This document shows, piece by piece, positions 27,991 to 41,130 of a stretch of 64,000 nt of DNA. The stretch comes from Isurus oxyrinchus (taxonomy: Eukaryota): the NCBI GenBank assembly GCA_026770705.1, contig JANJGN010000026.1:35898001-35962000 (forward strand), given 5' to 3'. Under the pieces are notes generated by a model. The model had not been told where the DNA came from. It did no database searches and was given only the letters and a program-made list of their open reading frames with translations. The translations under genes were made by a program, and so were the position numbers. Within the stretch, counting starts at the first letter, position 1, and the number at the start of each line of letters is the position of its first letter.

Positions 27991-29234
27991 GCTTATTGTA
28001 TCAAGAAACCACTTCTACTGAAGTATGGACTCATTACCTCCTGAGCGAACTCCCAATGCTTATGGTGCAACTGTGACAGATTAACGTGGTTGATTTGCGC
28101 ACTTTAAGGTCACGAGAAGAGCGAAGTGTCTCAATTCCTATTGATTAATTCTTGACAATTCCTATTGATTAATTCTTGATGATCTTGTTTCAAACAAAGA
28201 ATGGACCAAGACGCTCATTGTGGGAATGATGGGAGCTTTAATGACCAACTGAACCAGTGTGAAGTGGGGAGAGATTTTTTCTTCATGGAACCACCTGAAA
28301 TGTGGTGGCGGTGATTTTCTCCGATTCTTCAGGTGCTACAGAACCTCCGAGGTAGGAAAGATGGGATCTTAAGCTGAAATGTGTGTGTGTGAGTGCACGC
28401 ATCAGATTTACTGACAAGTGAAGTCCACAAAGATGAATAACCTTTGTTACCTATATCCAGATTTTATTTTATTGAAAATGTATTTGCTGTTGTTTAATAT
28501 CATTAATATTGATTGAGAAGACATTGAGCATTCCCTCACCAAGGAATACCTCTGTTCCTAGAATTCTGTTAGAAAATGGACTAAATTAATCCAAGGATGG
28601 TGTGCATATACCCACCAGTCTCTGCGTTTCAGTTTTAAGGGCTTCGCTCAGTATTTAATAGAAGCTCCTGACATAAACGTTGAGAGTGTGATAAGTTATG
28701 CAAGTGATACTACCTAAATCTGACATAAATTTACTCAGTGTTAAAATCCCGATTTATTATTTCCCTTGCTTGGAAAGGAATGAAGCACTTGCTGCTTTCC
28801 AGCAAGTTCCACACTATTTCTGTTGTCACGTTATTCCTTCTTACCCCATGGCATTCATCATTTCCGCCCCAATGTCTTCCAAACCCTCGGTTATGATGCA
28901 GTGAAATAATAGTTAGTAAACAGCTTTACCTAATAGAAAAGGCACCATGCTCCAGAGCAATATAAGTGGGACAACTGGACAGAGTCTGATCCATTATCAA
29001 CGAAGACATGATCTCCAATGGGCATAAATTGCTGGGCTATGGATAAACGGCATGGGCGGTGGGGAGGGGGTTGGTGGGGATGGGGTGGTGAAAGTGCATG
29101 AGATAAATTCGATGAGATAAATGCCGGTACAATCCTGAGGAGATGAATGACCTCCTTCAGAGCCGGGAGCACGGGTTCATTCTAGAAGTCTATGACTTAT
29201 TGGCTCAATTCAACATTTTTCATTTTGCATCTAT

Positions 29235-29600
29235 ACTTCATGAAAAGGAAAAGGGAAAATATATCTATATATTAGAGCGCCTTTCACGATCACCGGAAGT
29301 CTCCGGGTGTTTTACAATCAAAAATGCACTTAGGATGTGTATTGACAGTTGTAATGTAGGAAACACCGCAGCCTGTTTGAGCCCAGCAATCTCCCACAAA
29401 CAGCAACATGATAATGACCAGGTAATCTGCGCCTTTGTGTATTTTAAAATGTTTATTAACTGATAAATGCTAAGGCACCGGGGATAACTCCCTGCACTTC
29501 CAGATGGAATAGTACCATGGAATCTTTCACATCGACCTGAAAGGGCAGACGGCCCCCAGTTTAATGTCACAGGGGGAAGTGCTGTCAACTGAGACACAGC
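29235..29600 (-). mobile_element. DeuSINE-like SINE
   Basis: tatattagagcgcctttcacgat...gttgtaatgtaggaaacaccgcagcc...ggataactccctgc, homologous to 5560-5850. Confidence 0.55.
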
Positions 29601-32600
29601 TGACAACCAAAGTCCCTTATGAATGAATATGACATAAATAAATATAAATCCAGGCATCCAATGGCTCAACTTTATACATAGGTACATAGTTAAATCAGAC
29701 TGAACCTGGCCCCAATGGTACCACAAACCCTATCGTAGAGTTCCGCTGGTAGTACAGGCACTGACTGTGGGTGTGATCTTGAACCTGACAACAGAATAGC
29801 TCCTTCACTGTGTGAGTTGTACTCTAAGATCCAACCAGTTTGTAGGTTAGCCAGAACTTCACAGTAATTCAAATGATTTGTGGACCAACTAGCTCATTTC
29901 CTTAAACAAAAGAATATTCATTGGGCCTTGAGTCGTTACAGACTTGGAGACCATTCATAGATTGTGAAACACCAATCGATTAGGAGTGGTGAAAGGGTTG
30001 AGGATTATTGATACAGTGAGAAGCATTCAGTTGCAAACCATTAGTTGTATGGGAAAGTTGAAGGTTTGGAAATATCAATAGATCAAACCATTAATGGATT
30101 AAGGCACAGCTGATGATTATTAAACACAATTAATGGCAAAAATATCAATAAATATAAATTGTTTTGCAATTTGACAGCCTTGGAACACCTATTATTACGA
30201 AAGTATAATAACTTCATATTTTCTGGTTTAGAGTAAAGTAGGTTAATGGGAGTGAGTATGGTTGGTTCTATCTGTGTGATCTAAATACATTTGGAGTCAG
30301 GTAGACTGCAAGCTTGGAATTATTAAAAGAAGCGAGGTGTAGAAATGTGTTTGAAATGCTAATGAATAAACATGGGTGCTGACTTAGCATGCAGGGCGGG
30401 AAGGGAGTTGCCTTTTTAGATAAATAAAAGGATTGTATGGATTTCAAGTTTATAAGTAGCCAGCTAAGCAAGGCTAAGCAGTGTGTTTATTTTTCCCAAA
30501 GGTTACTGATAATATTGGAACATGATTTTTTCTTTATTATGGCAAAGGTACCGCTACAAAGACATATGAAACAATAGAATTTACATATTAAAGAGAGATA
30601 AAAATACATAAAGGAGAATGAAAGGCTATGTGAGGTGAGGGCCATGTAAGATCTAACAGGAGTGTCCGAAACAGCCTTCAAGAAGCCTCCATCCTTTTGT
30701 GCATAAGTCGGCTCTGTCCAGTAACTGAAGTTGGAGCAAACCATTTGCAATTCCACTGCCAAGTGATTACTGGGTTAACTTGCTGGTTTTCTTTGAAATC
30801 TAAAATCACCCTGCCTGGGAGGGTGGTGGAGGCGGATTGCCTCACATCCTTTAAAAAGTACCTGGATGAGTACTTGGTACGTCATAACATTCAAGGCTAT
30901 GGACCAAGTGCTGGTAAATGGGATTAGATAGGTAGGTCAGGTGTTTCTCATATGTCGGTGCAGACTCAATGGGCCGAAAGGCCTCTTTCTCCACTGTGTG
31001 ATTCTGAGATTCTGTGATTCTATGATTTTGGACTGCTGCCTTAAAGGGGGGATGTAACTGAGAGTCAGGTTAATTCAGAATTTTAGGATTTGCTACAGTA
31101 CTTTGTAATAGCAGTATTATATATGTTTTTGAAATCTTTTATTTTGTCAATACATATTTTAATTTAATTTTTAAAATCTCTAAAAGTTTTAGTGGACTCA
31201 TTACTTCTGAAGGAAGTTCACTCATCTTCTCAAAATAATTACAAATTGAAAACCTTTGTGATGGTGTGACCACGTTTCCCTTGTGTATTTCATCCGCCTG
31301 GCCACGTATCATCTGCTATGCCATAACACATGGATCTGGAACTATCTCTCCATTTGTCTGTCACTGTTTCTGTTAGTTAGCACAGGGACAGTTACTCCTG
31401 ATAGTGGGATATTGAACATGAATGGCAATGTGCACAGAGCAGGTAGTTATCCTCGTTAAAGGTAGAGATCATCTTCTCCAATGAGGGAGGATCAATTGTG
31501 TATTAAGGACCTCTGTGCTCTTTACCTAAAAACATTTCCCCAATATAATATTAATGACCGTATTAATAACAATATTAATAATTCATTTTGCCGCAGTCTT
31601 GAACATTCGCAAAGGGTTTCAAGGTATAAACCCAGAGCAGAAATTAGTGTGGAAAGGTAATTACTGATTATTCCCACATTGACTTACTGTTGGAGGCTTC
31701 ATATCATAACACCACTTCTCTCCGATCCTAAAACTCTCACCATGCAACTGCAACCATATGAAAAACATGAGCTTGGATTCATATCGTCCCATAGAGCACT
31801 GACCCTGTATTCATGTTCAAACTGTGATTCAAATCACTTCAGTCACTTCGACTCAGTTCTGTCCAGTCCATGCACCATGCCCGATCTAACCAAAATCTCC
31901 CTTGCGGCGTTCCTGAACACATCTCATAGAAATATTGACCTCACCCATGTAACTCATGAAGAATTGATTCTCTGCACGATTGTACTGAATGGAAAGCTTC
32001 CCGGGAGTGTGGTTAAAGGGGTTAAGGGCTTTTGAATTTGCAACAACAATATGTAATACCTATCGGATGTGTTTCATTGTGACAATTGTTTTCAATCAAT
32101 ATCTTGCGTAAAGAAAGTCACAGTTCATGCACGTTTTTCCAGTGGTGTTCAGAATGGTGTGACTGCACCAGAATCATAGAGCAGCAAGAAATTACAAGGG
32201 AAATGTGAAAAAAATGCATGTATGCAAACATCTGCTAGGTTTCTGGTATGATTGAAGGAACTTGGTTGAGGATATGCTGAGTGCTTTGTTGTGCATGAAA
32301 AGGCCGCATGTTGCACATGTTATAGGACCCGTTTCCCATCTCAGTCATGAAACCGCTTTCTACCTTTGAGATGAAGATTCAGCATCACTAGAAAAGGATC
32401 ATCAGTGCCACAGAGATATCTCCAGATTGCACTTGGTGACATTCAGCTCCTCAGCTGTCAACAGCTAAGGAATTGGAATGATCCATAAAATCGGGAAGGA
32501 CTGAAAGCCCCAGACAGACAAAAATGGAATAAAGGGCCTGCTGCAAGTTATGGAACAGTCAATCGTAAAGCTGAAAATGTGGAACAGCATTTTTCAGGCA

Positions 32601-32959
32601 CATCCACCCACACTCCACCGACACATCCATCCATCTGAACAAGTCATACGGACTCTAAACGGTTAATACTGGTTCTCACTCCACAAATGCTGTCAGACTG
32701 CTAAGCTTTTCCAGCATTTTCTGTCTTTACTTCCGCCCATCCATCCATCTCTCCAAATCCCGATTTCTCCAACTGTCCATCACTCCATCTGTCCATCCCT
32801 CCATGCGTCTATCTATCCATCTATCCATCCACCCATCTGCCCATTTATCTATCTATTTAACTATCTTTCTATCCATACCGCCATCTATATATTAATTCAT
32901 CTATTCGTTGTCTGTTGTTCATTATGTTTCCATGGTTAACCACGAAATAATTTCTGCAG

Positions 32960-33279
32960 AAGTGAGTTCTGGAGGTTCAGTCGGACAGTAGTCAACAGAA
33001 GCCCATTAACTGGAGGAATCTCGGTGAGCATAAATTGCATATATTCAACTTCCGAAGTGAATTATTTTTTGCAGCTTCATCGTCAAAACCAGAACCCGGC
33101 TCCAGCTTTCGTAATTTGGGCACATTCTTGTGGAAAAAACATTCGTTCAGTCATTCGAAAAATCCCAATAATACAGCTGCTTCCACCTTGTTTGTGCTTC
33201 AGGTCGCTGACAATCCCGTGTATTACTGTGTGCTGAGACCCTGAGTGAGAAAGGCCTCGGGGCAACTCGTACCAATAAA
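32960..33279 (+). pseudogene. TCR alpha/delta V pseudogene with degenerate 23-RSS
   Basis: Acceptor tttctgcag|. Translation VSSGGSVGQ*...SVSINCIYSTSEVNYFLQLHRQ...APAFVIW...ADNPVYYCVLRP with stops and frameshifts. RSS: ctgagtg (33241) + 23 nt + accaataaa (33271). Confidence 0.85.
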
Positions 33280-34174
33280 ATGTTTTGTGAGATCAGCGAA
33301 AATAAGATTCATTAAATTCGGCCACCAGGTGGCGTATCAGGCCGTGGATTCCCACCTCCTGACAGATACTTTCTTAAAAATGCTTGAGGAGAAATTGCCT
33401 TTGATCTCGTATTTACGCCTATTAGTGTGACGTTTCCTTAGAGACCCATAATTGGTAAGTTTATTTCAGTGTTAGTCAATTATTTCAGTGTTAGTCAACA
33501 GCCCAGTTCCAGTACATTGGGATGGGATGCCCAGTTGTTCTGTTCGCCACTACAGATTCAGCCCCTTGTTTTAACTGATTTCAACTATGAAGGTATCTGT
33601 AATTACAGAATAATACAGCAATCCTCTAATTCCTGTCGCCAGACTGTTTTCCCCAGACTTGAAATGACTACGAACGTATCGCAGTCCTTACAGACCGGCA
33701 GAATTATATAATTTCTGTTGAGCGCATTAGTCTTGAATTCAGCTCGTATCGATAGATTTTACGAGTGACAACAGTGCCCGCGTCCGCCTCCCCCATAGTT
33801 CTGTTCGTTTCTCTCGCTCTGACCTTCTTTGCCTTTCCTGTGATTTGGAAGGTGCTTCCCACTGTTCCTGGTTTGACGTTGGTTGGATCAACAGTACAGT
33901 GCGCTGGGGATCTGCACTTCTGCCCTGACAGAGGATTTGGCGGACTGTAGAGTTACAGACTCAGGGAGAATCATGGGGAATTACATCACACCCGGTCCTC
34001 GTCATTATATCACTTCTTAGTAAGCATTTCCTTCCCAGAAAAATCCGTTCTCCCCCTGACTGCTATAACCCACATGTTATTAATTGTAAGGTGATGCTGC
34101 TGATGATGAAGCTACTTGAAATGATGGTGATGATGATCCTGATAATGATGACATCTACCCGACTACTTTGTTAG

Positions 34175-34623
34175 GATGGAGCCATCCACACACACTGGTC
34201 GGGTCAGTTGCTGAAATGATGCCGAAGCTGAAATGATGCCGAAAACGGCAGTAACACCACGTGATCTGCATCTTGAAAACATATCTCCATAACCATACAA
34301 AGAGTCTTACGGAGTCGAAACGTTAACTGTCTTCCTCTCCGCAGAGACTGTCAGACCTGCTGAGCTTTTGCAGCTATTTTTATTTTTGCTCCATAACCAT
34401 TTGTTCTGGTATAGTCAGCAGCCCAGGCAACATCCACAGCTCCCCAATAATCTGATCGGTGAGAACGAAAACAAGAAGACAGACATTGTTGGTCAATTCT
34501 CTTCTGCATTTAACATAACTACCAAGATAACGGAGCTGAGGCTCTGATCTCCGACGCAGCCGAATATTTCTGTGCACAAGCCCCACACTGCGGCAGAGAT
34601 ACGGCGCATCCCGGTCAAAATGC
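34175..34623 (+). pseudogene. TCR V pseudogene interrupted by a Penelope-end insertion
   Basis: Acceptor ctttgttag|. Translation ...ICILKTYLHNH[insert]LFWYSQQP...FSSAFNITTKITELRL...SDAAEYFCAQAP. RSS: cacactg (34584) + 24 nt + tcaaaatgc. Probable decayed leader at 33795-33840 (ATA-VLFVSLALTFFAFP). Confidence 0.8.
34297..34388. mobile_element. 92-bp Penelope terminal fragment with 12-bp target-site duplication
   Basis: ctccataaccat at 34285-34296 and 34389-34400 flanks gagtc..cgaaacgttaac..cagacctgctgagc. Confidence 0.8.
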
Positions 34624-36297
34624 CAGAACCAACGGCTCAGTTAATGCTCAGCAGAGGGCGCTCGAACACCGGGAAACAAGGGCAAATATTCAGCCTTAGT
34701 GTCAGGTTCAGGCGGAGCAAGAAAATCGCAACATTCTGTTGGGCCATGACCTCCGAGCTCCAAGGCCGTGTAAGTGGAGGATACACCGAAGATGCGCCGG
34801 GGAACACCCCGCCTGGAGTTCCCAGGCAAGGTTTACACGGCAATTGTCCGGGAAGTGGAAACTTCCCATGGGCAATTGCTCTGTGCTGGGAACAAACAGA
34901 AAAAAACAATTTACATTGCAAACCCCGAATGGTTCCGACTGTCCGACATCAAGAGTTGCCCAGAATAGGTTAGAATTAAAACCACTTCTAGCTTCTGAGT
35001 AACTTTGTACAGAGCCACATCGACGCCCACGAGTCTCCTTCCACACCCCCGAACTCCCAGGGAGTCCCTCCACCTCTCAGACTCCAACTCCCCCCACGGG
35101 ACACTCCTAACCTCCGAACCTCTAGGGGACTCCCCGCACCTCACGACTCCTCTCAGCCGCCCAAACCCAGCTCGTTATCTAAAGAAAGTCCAGCGAATTC
35201 AGTAAATAGACGGAGAATTTCTCACCGACTATTAGCGGGGGATCCTGTGGATTGTAAACGGAAGAGGGAGACGGAGAGAAAGAAGTATAAATAAAAGCAG
35301 AAATGATATTAATAAATAGAGTTAACAAATCCAGGCAGGAAGCAGAAAAAGTGAGAGCGGGTTAAAATTATTGAATCGTGCGATGGCAGTGATTGAAAGG
35401 AAGATCTGAACATTGTCCCTGTGCACGCGATGCCGCCTGCATCAGCCCAACATTTTATAACGAGTGTTTAAAACCTGAACAATGTTCCGGTTTCGGTGAG
35501 TGAAACCCCTTCCTTCCGCCGCCGCCTCCACCATCACCGTCGTATATCAGCTCAGTGCCTGTCTGGCCTCAAAGGTTAAAGACCTGAGAGGTTTACCTGT
35601 GAAGATCAGCGAATGAGGTTCCCATGGTGAATAATTTCGGTGCCGTCTGCTCTCACTAGTTAAAGATTTGAAACATTGCGCTGTGACAGGCTAATGTATA
35701 CCTCGTCCACAGATTAGCCCTGTGTCTGTCTGTATGCTTTCAGACACCTACACAATGGCGAATATAAAGTTGAGACTAAGAACGATGGGCGATGCATAGG
35801 GAGTTTGATAAAAGAATGAGACTCATTATGGTGATAATGCAGAGAAACACTAACAGAGGGACATAAAAGAAGGTGAGATTGATTACATTGAGTGGTAGAA
35901 GAACATATTAACAGAGAGAGATGTATAATGCTGAGGTGAGGACAGTTAGTTGTACAAAGCGAGAATAGCAGAAGAGTATTGATGCAGAAATGTATTTATA
36001 AATATAAAGGCACAGAAAGTAAACAGTTGATAGTGGCAATTCTTCCATATGGCACATGGTGCTGTGAACTGGGGGAAAGGGATCATCACTGCTCTGGTTA
36101 ATACAAATGGACAAGAGAGACTAACACTGACTGAAGTTATGGGATGCACACACAGTCTGTAGAATCCTCAGTGACACCAGGAAACATGAAATTTGGGAAT
36201 CCTGGAGATTTTAAACAGGAAAATGAGGATGATGCTAAAGGAAGCAATGGGAAACAAAGGCAAACATTAGCACGCAGCTAACAGAAAAAACAACAAG

Positions 36298-36484
36298 TTA
36301 AAATAAAACAAAACAAGAACAGAAACAGAAATATCTGGAAAAACTCAGCAGGTCTGGCAGCATCGGCGGAGGAGAGCCCGATGCCGCCAGACCTGCTGAG
36401 CTTTTCCAGATATTTCTGTTTCTGTTTCTGTTTTTGTTTTGGATTTCCAGCATCCGCAGTTTTTTGCTTTTAAAATAAAACAAA
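36298..36484. mobile_element. Palindromic (fold-back) Penelope terminal fragment with 15-bp direct flanks
   Basis: ~50-bp inverted arms (aacagaaatatctggaaaaactcagcaggtctggcagcatcgg and its complement). ttaaaataaaacaaa at 36298 and 36470. Confidence 0.8.
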
Positions 36485-37786
36485 TTCCTGGTATAGGAAT
36501 CTGAACACCTCTACTGTGACTTGAGCGACGGACACCTCAGTGCATGAGCTCAGTGCCTGGTCGTACACAATTATTCAAGAATTAAGTTGTACTCATTTAT
36601 TAGTGCACTGTACAGTCCATCTGTTTATATTAAACCAGAGGTCGCCTCATTTATTACTGCACTGTTACACTAGATGATGTCTTAGCTTTTACAACATTCG
36701 ATATGCCTCCATATATGTTAGACGAGGCCCTATTTTTGTTATTACTGACTACAACATTTTAATGCTGATGTTTATATTACACTAGACACTGCCCCAACCG
36801 AACTACACAAGACCACATCTCACTTTATATTGCATTCGTCCCTTTTTTCAGTTATTTGCAATAGATTGCATCTGTGTCTATGTGATCCTAGGTCATATCT
36901 CAGTTATTATTGCAAGAGGTCATCTCCATTAGTGTGAGGCAACATCCTGTCCCAGTATTACACAAGATAATGTCACTCTTTATATTACAATAGCCTATTT
37001 CTCTGTTGACGTTACATGAGACCCAATCTCATTTATTGCTGCATTACACAAGTCTGTTTGCATTACGCTCGACAATGCTTGAATTACTACTGCTTAAAAA
37101 GGCTTTGAAGTGTTCGATCAGCCATGATTGTATTGAATGGCGGAGCAGGCTCGACGGGCTGAATGGTCTTCTCCTATTCGAATGTTCCTATGCTTCCAGA
37201 TCCCGTATTATTGGCATTATTCCGAAGCAGACACTCGCCACCTAGCCAAGTAAGGTAACGAGCTGTTACTTTTTGTGTATGTCGTGTACATCTGCTTGGA
37301 TATTGGTAATGTCACTGGACTCCCTCATATTGTAACCTGGCCTCCAGTTGCCGGGCCAGGAAAGATGCCGAGTCTGAGGCGCTGGCCTTCAGATCAGGAG
37401 TCTAATTGAGGTTCTGCCAATCCGTTCAGGGCGATGTTAAACAATCTCCGTAATATTGGAGTAAGAGCGAGGCGGGGGTTCTCCTGGTGTCCTGGGCCCA
37501 CATTCCACCTTTAACAAACACCACCCAATACAAACACATACACCGACCTCCCAGTTCATCACTGCGGGGAAAGGAAGGCGGCAGCACAACTGGCAGAAAG
37601 AAAAGCCCCCCTCCCCCACCCCTGTACACCATAGTATTGTGGGAGGGGCTTTCACATCCAGATCACAATCCAAATGTAGAGTCAGAAAATTGCAGCCTCC
37701 TTTTATAACCTGTCTCTTATTCACACAACACAAGCCAGCGAACCGGGAACCGTGCGGCCCATCAATAATCTCAACAACATTGCCAT

Positions 37787-37888
37787 GTGCAAATCAACTC
37801 GGCCCCGCGAAAGTATTTCAGTCCAGCTCTGAGGTCCGGTCTCCCAGCGCAGTCCAGGGCTGCAGTCTCCAGTTCCCCGTCATATAAA
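37787..37888 (+). promoter_or_regulatory. Putative promoter of NAR-TCR V cassette 1 (octamer-like + TATA)
   Basis: gtgcaaat (7/8 octamer) at 37787, conserved as ctgcaaat at 43081 in the paralog. tataaa at 37883, 30 nt before the ATG. Confidence 0.55.
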
Positions 37889-37912
37889 CCCTCAGCTGCA
37901 GGCAGCAGAACA

Positions 37913-38392
37913 ATGGGAATCCTCCTTGTTTTCACCCTGTGTGTCTGTTTCCCCCGTGAGTACCGATCAAACAAACCGACATTGTGTGGATTCAATATAA
38001 AGCTGCCCGAGTCCCTCCCAATTACAAACACTGTCTGGGGTTTTGACCTCGTTCTCTGGTTCGACTCCGATGGTCCATTGAACTCTCTCTGTTTAATTTC
38101 CAGGATCTGTCAGCCAGTTAGTGACACAGACCCCGGCAGCGGTGACCAGGAAGGAGTGTCAGTCTCTCACCATCACCTGTGTTTTCTCCGGTGCTTCGGG
38201 GCATGATTTCCAAACGGGATATTTCTTCAAAAATACCCGGACCGGGACAGAATGGGAGCGAATCTCCAGCGGGGGGAGATTTGTTGTGTCGGTGAATAAA
38301 GCACAAAGGACATTTTCGCTGGAAATTCGGGACATGAGAGTTGAAGACGCCGCCATCTATTACTGTAAAGCTCAGTACAGATACTACACATA
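37913..38392 (+). CDS. NAR-TCR V gene segment 1 (leader exon 37913-37955, intron 148 nt, V exon 38104-38392), apparently functional
   Basis: MGILLVFTLCVCFP/RSVSQLVTQTPAAVTRKECQSLTITCVF...RISSGGRFVVSVNKAQRTFSLEIRDMRVEDAAIYYCKAQYRYYT. IgNAR-type V without a CDR2, with an extra FR1 Cys. gtgagt and tttccag splice sites, phase 1. Confidence 0.93.
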
Positions 38393-38430
38393 CACCCTGA
38401 TGGACCTCGGCTTCCCGCGATACAAAACTC
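38393..38430 (+). other. RSS of NAR-TCR V1 (22-bp spacer)
   Basis: caccctg + 22 nt + acaaaactc. Confidence 0.85.
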
Positions 38431-38755
38431 TCACTGCAGATTATCACAGAAACAAATGAAAAAGCGGAGTTAATCTGCAGTTAAACCCCACAGTTCTGCC
38501 TCACACCGTCTGCCCCACAGTCTAGTTTATAATGAGATTGGATTATTGCCGTTAACATCTTGAGTTTCATAACTGCCGAGTGTGTGCGGATGGTGATGTC
38601 TTTCCTGGGATTGGTGTCAGTGAATGGGGATTGGGAATGACTGATCCCAGTTAGAAACCCCTAAAGCCAGATGTGATCCTGGTCTAACAGCTGGAACCGG
38701 GAACGGCAGTCCCCGCTGTTTAACTAATGTCCCCAAATCTTACCAAGTGCCCGAG

Positions 38756-38828
38756 GGATTTTATGCTGACTTGTAACACTGTGTGGATTGGTGGGGGAGT
38801 CACAGTGGGAGAGACCTGAACAAACACC
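38756..38828 (+). other. NAR-TCR D segment (38784-38800) flanked by two 12-RSS
   Basis: ggattttat-12-cactgtg | tggattggtgggggagt | cacagtg-12-acaaacacc. Confidence 0.93.
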
Positions 38829-39143
38829 TCTGTATAACTTAAATATAAATTCTCCGGGCCCGGATAGTGAATTGTCGGGTTGATGTTATTATCGCTGGAA
38901 CCTGGTTCCATTTCATTGTAATTTCCACCATTCAGTTATCTTTCTTTGATATTTTTCTCGGTTTATATGAAGCGAACATCTCGTTTCCGGGACCATTTAT
39001 TCGGAGTTCAGGGCCTTACAAAGAGGAGTTTGAACCGACAGAGACTTTGAAACATTGAATATTGCTTATTTATTTAAATCCGCTGAATAATTGGGCAGTT
39101 TCTACTGTCTGATGATGATTTCTCGGCAGGTTGAGTTATCGGT

Positions 39144-39241
39144 GGTTGTTGTACCGGTGAGACTGTGAGCGGTATCACTGTGGTGGTATACTGCTTATGC
39201 GGATGGATTCGGGACGGTGGTGACTGTCACTGCCGGTAAGT
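39144..39241 (+). other. NAR-TCR J segment (39183-39235) with 23-RSS and splice donor
   Basis: ggttgttgt-23-cactgtg, then WYTAYADGFGTVVTVTA and g|gtaagt (phase 1). Confidence 0.93.
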
Positions 39242-40129
39242 AGTTCCAAACCCCGCCGGGTTATAGCCTGTCCCGGGTAACGTTCACCATCAGTTTATTA
39301 TTGATATCAGTGGAGTTTGGGTGGGATGTGGGAGTTGACAGAGTCTGGACCATTATTGGTTTAACGGGCACATCGGGGACAATATCAACATCACGGACTC
39401 TCACACTCTGAATCGCTTTTAATGAGCGCAGATTGTCGACAATCCGGACTCCACTCCCGGTGTTAACTGTGACCGACGGACCTCTGTCTGTCCCTTAGAG
39501 CCCGGGAGCGGGTTCACAGAGCTCTCTCCTGGGCAGCAGATTGCAGTCCGAGCCGCGGAAAGAGGTACCGGGTGAATAAACTCAGCGCAACTGCGGCCAG
39601 TTCGGATAACTGCAGCGGCTTGTTCCATACCTGACCCGGGAGAAAAACGGGAGAGCGAAACAACGGGCTTCAGATATAAGGAATCCTGATGTGGGCCCAG
39701 ATAGAATTTTATTATTGGGCAATCGGTGACTGAAATTAGTGACATTGTCCCCGCCATTTCTTTCATATAACCAAACTCCTTCCTACTTTTCCGCCTTCAG
39801 ACTGAAATGTTTAAGTTTGGTACTGCAGACGATTCTCTATATTGAATGTAGATGTTTGAGAGATGAGATTGCTGAAATGTATCTGTATCCCTGATTACTG
39901 TGAATTGAAACAACACAGTGCAGTGAGACAGAGAGGATGATGCATTAATCTTATAAAGGAGGACAGGAACATAAGGAAACAATTCTAAGTTGTAAATTGG
40001 GGGAATGTTCATTTAGAAGCAGCAATAAATAATTCATCGAAAGCGAGAGAAGGATTGGTGGATCTCTGGCCCAGTCAAAGTACAATCCGAGCCCAGTGCG
40101 GGTGAGTGAGTTAAATGGACGGAAGGACT

Positions 40130-41130
40130 GAAATGGGCTCCAGTCTGGAATGCTTTGTAAAGTTTTGGTCTCCTTTCTTAAGGAAGGATCTACATGCCTT
40201 GGAGGGCGTGCAGCAAAGGTTCATCAGACTGATCCCTGAGCTAAAGGGATTTTCGTATAAGAAGAGATTGAGTTGTCTGGGCCTATGTTCCCTAGAGCTT
40301 AGATGAATGAGATGCAATTTCATTAGAAATCTCACATCCAGGGCACGATAGATTCCCGGTGGGTGTCTCCCCAGGCTGAGAAGCCTATAACTAGGGGTCA
40401 CAGTTTCAGAATAAGGACTGGATGCTGAGAAATGAGAAGAAGAGAAATTTCTTCAGTGAAGCCACTGTTGTGAATCTCTGACATTCTCTTCCTCAGAGAG
40501 CTGTGAATGCCCAGTAGTTGGATGTTTTAAAGTAAGTGTTCAATAGATTTCTGGATGCTAAAAGAATCAAGGGATATGGGGACATTGCTGCAAAGTCATG
40601 TTGAGTTAGGAGATGAGTCAAGATATTATTGAATGTTGGAAAAGGTTTGAAAAGTGACGTGGCCCCTCCTGCTTCTGTTTGTTACATTAACTGCTCTGAT
40701 CTGTTATACCTCTGAGAAAAGAAATCAGGAATAATCTACATTTCTGTGGAGAGGTTGAACAGGCCGGGCATCATGTCTCTGGAGAACAGGGAAAGAAAAG
40801 CCGAATTCATGGAAATCGTTTAAATAACGAGTGGGTTCATTGGGGTATTTGTGGAATAGCTGCTTATTTGTGGGTGCCCTAGAGCCATTAGAATAAGACA
40901 GTCACTAACAGAACAAATAATGACATTAGGAAGAAGTGTAAAGACAGGCAGGTCAGAGTGTGGAACTTGCTGCCGCAGGGAGTGGTTGGAGCAGGTAGTA
41001 TTGATACATTTATGGGAAGACTTGAAAATACAGGAGGGAGAACGGAACAGACTGACTCAGGGAGCTGACTGGAAATTGTCAATTAGATTTCGGACGGATG
41101 GGGGCTGGTCCGCAGTAAATACACAGGCAT
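40130..41130 (+). mobile_element. CR1 3' fragments downstream of J1 (paralogous to ~46390-47130)
   Basis: ORF 40115..40306 FWSPFLRKDLHALEGVQQRFIRLIP. Confidence 0.75.

Noticed and set aside
34572-35205. Cluster of overlapping ORFs in a GC-rich stretch
   Set aside because: No recognisable domain or splice structure. Probably a non-coding interspersed repeat.
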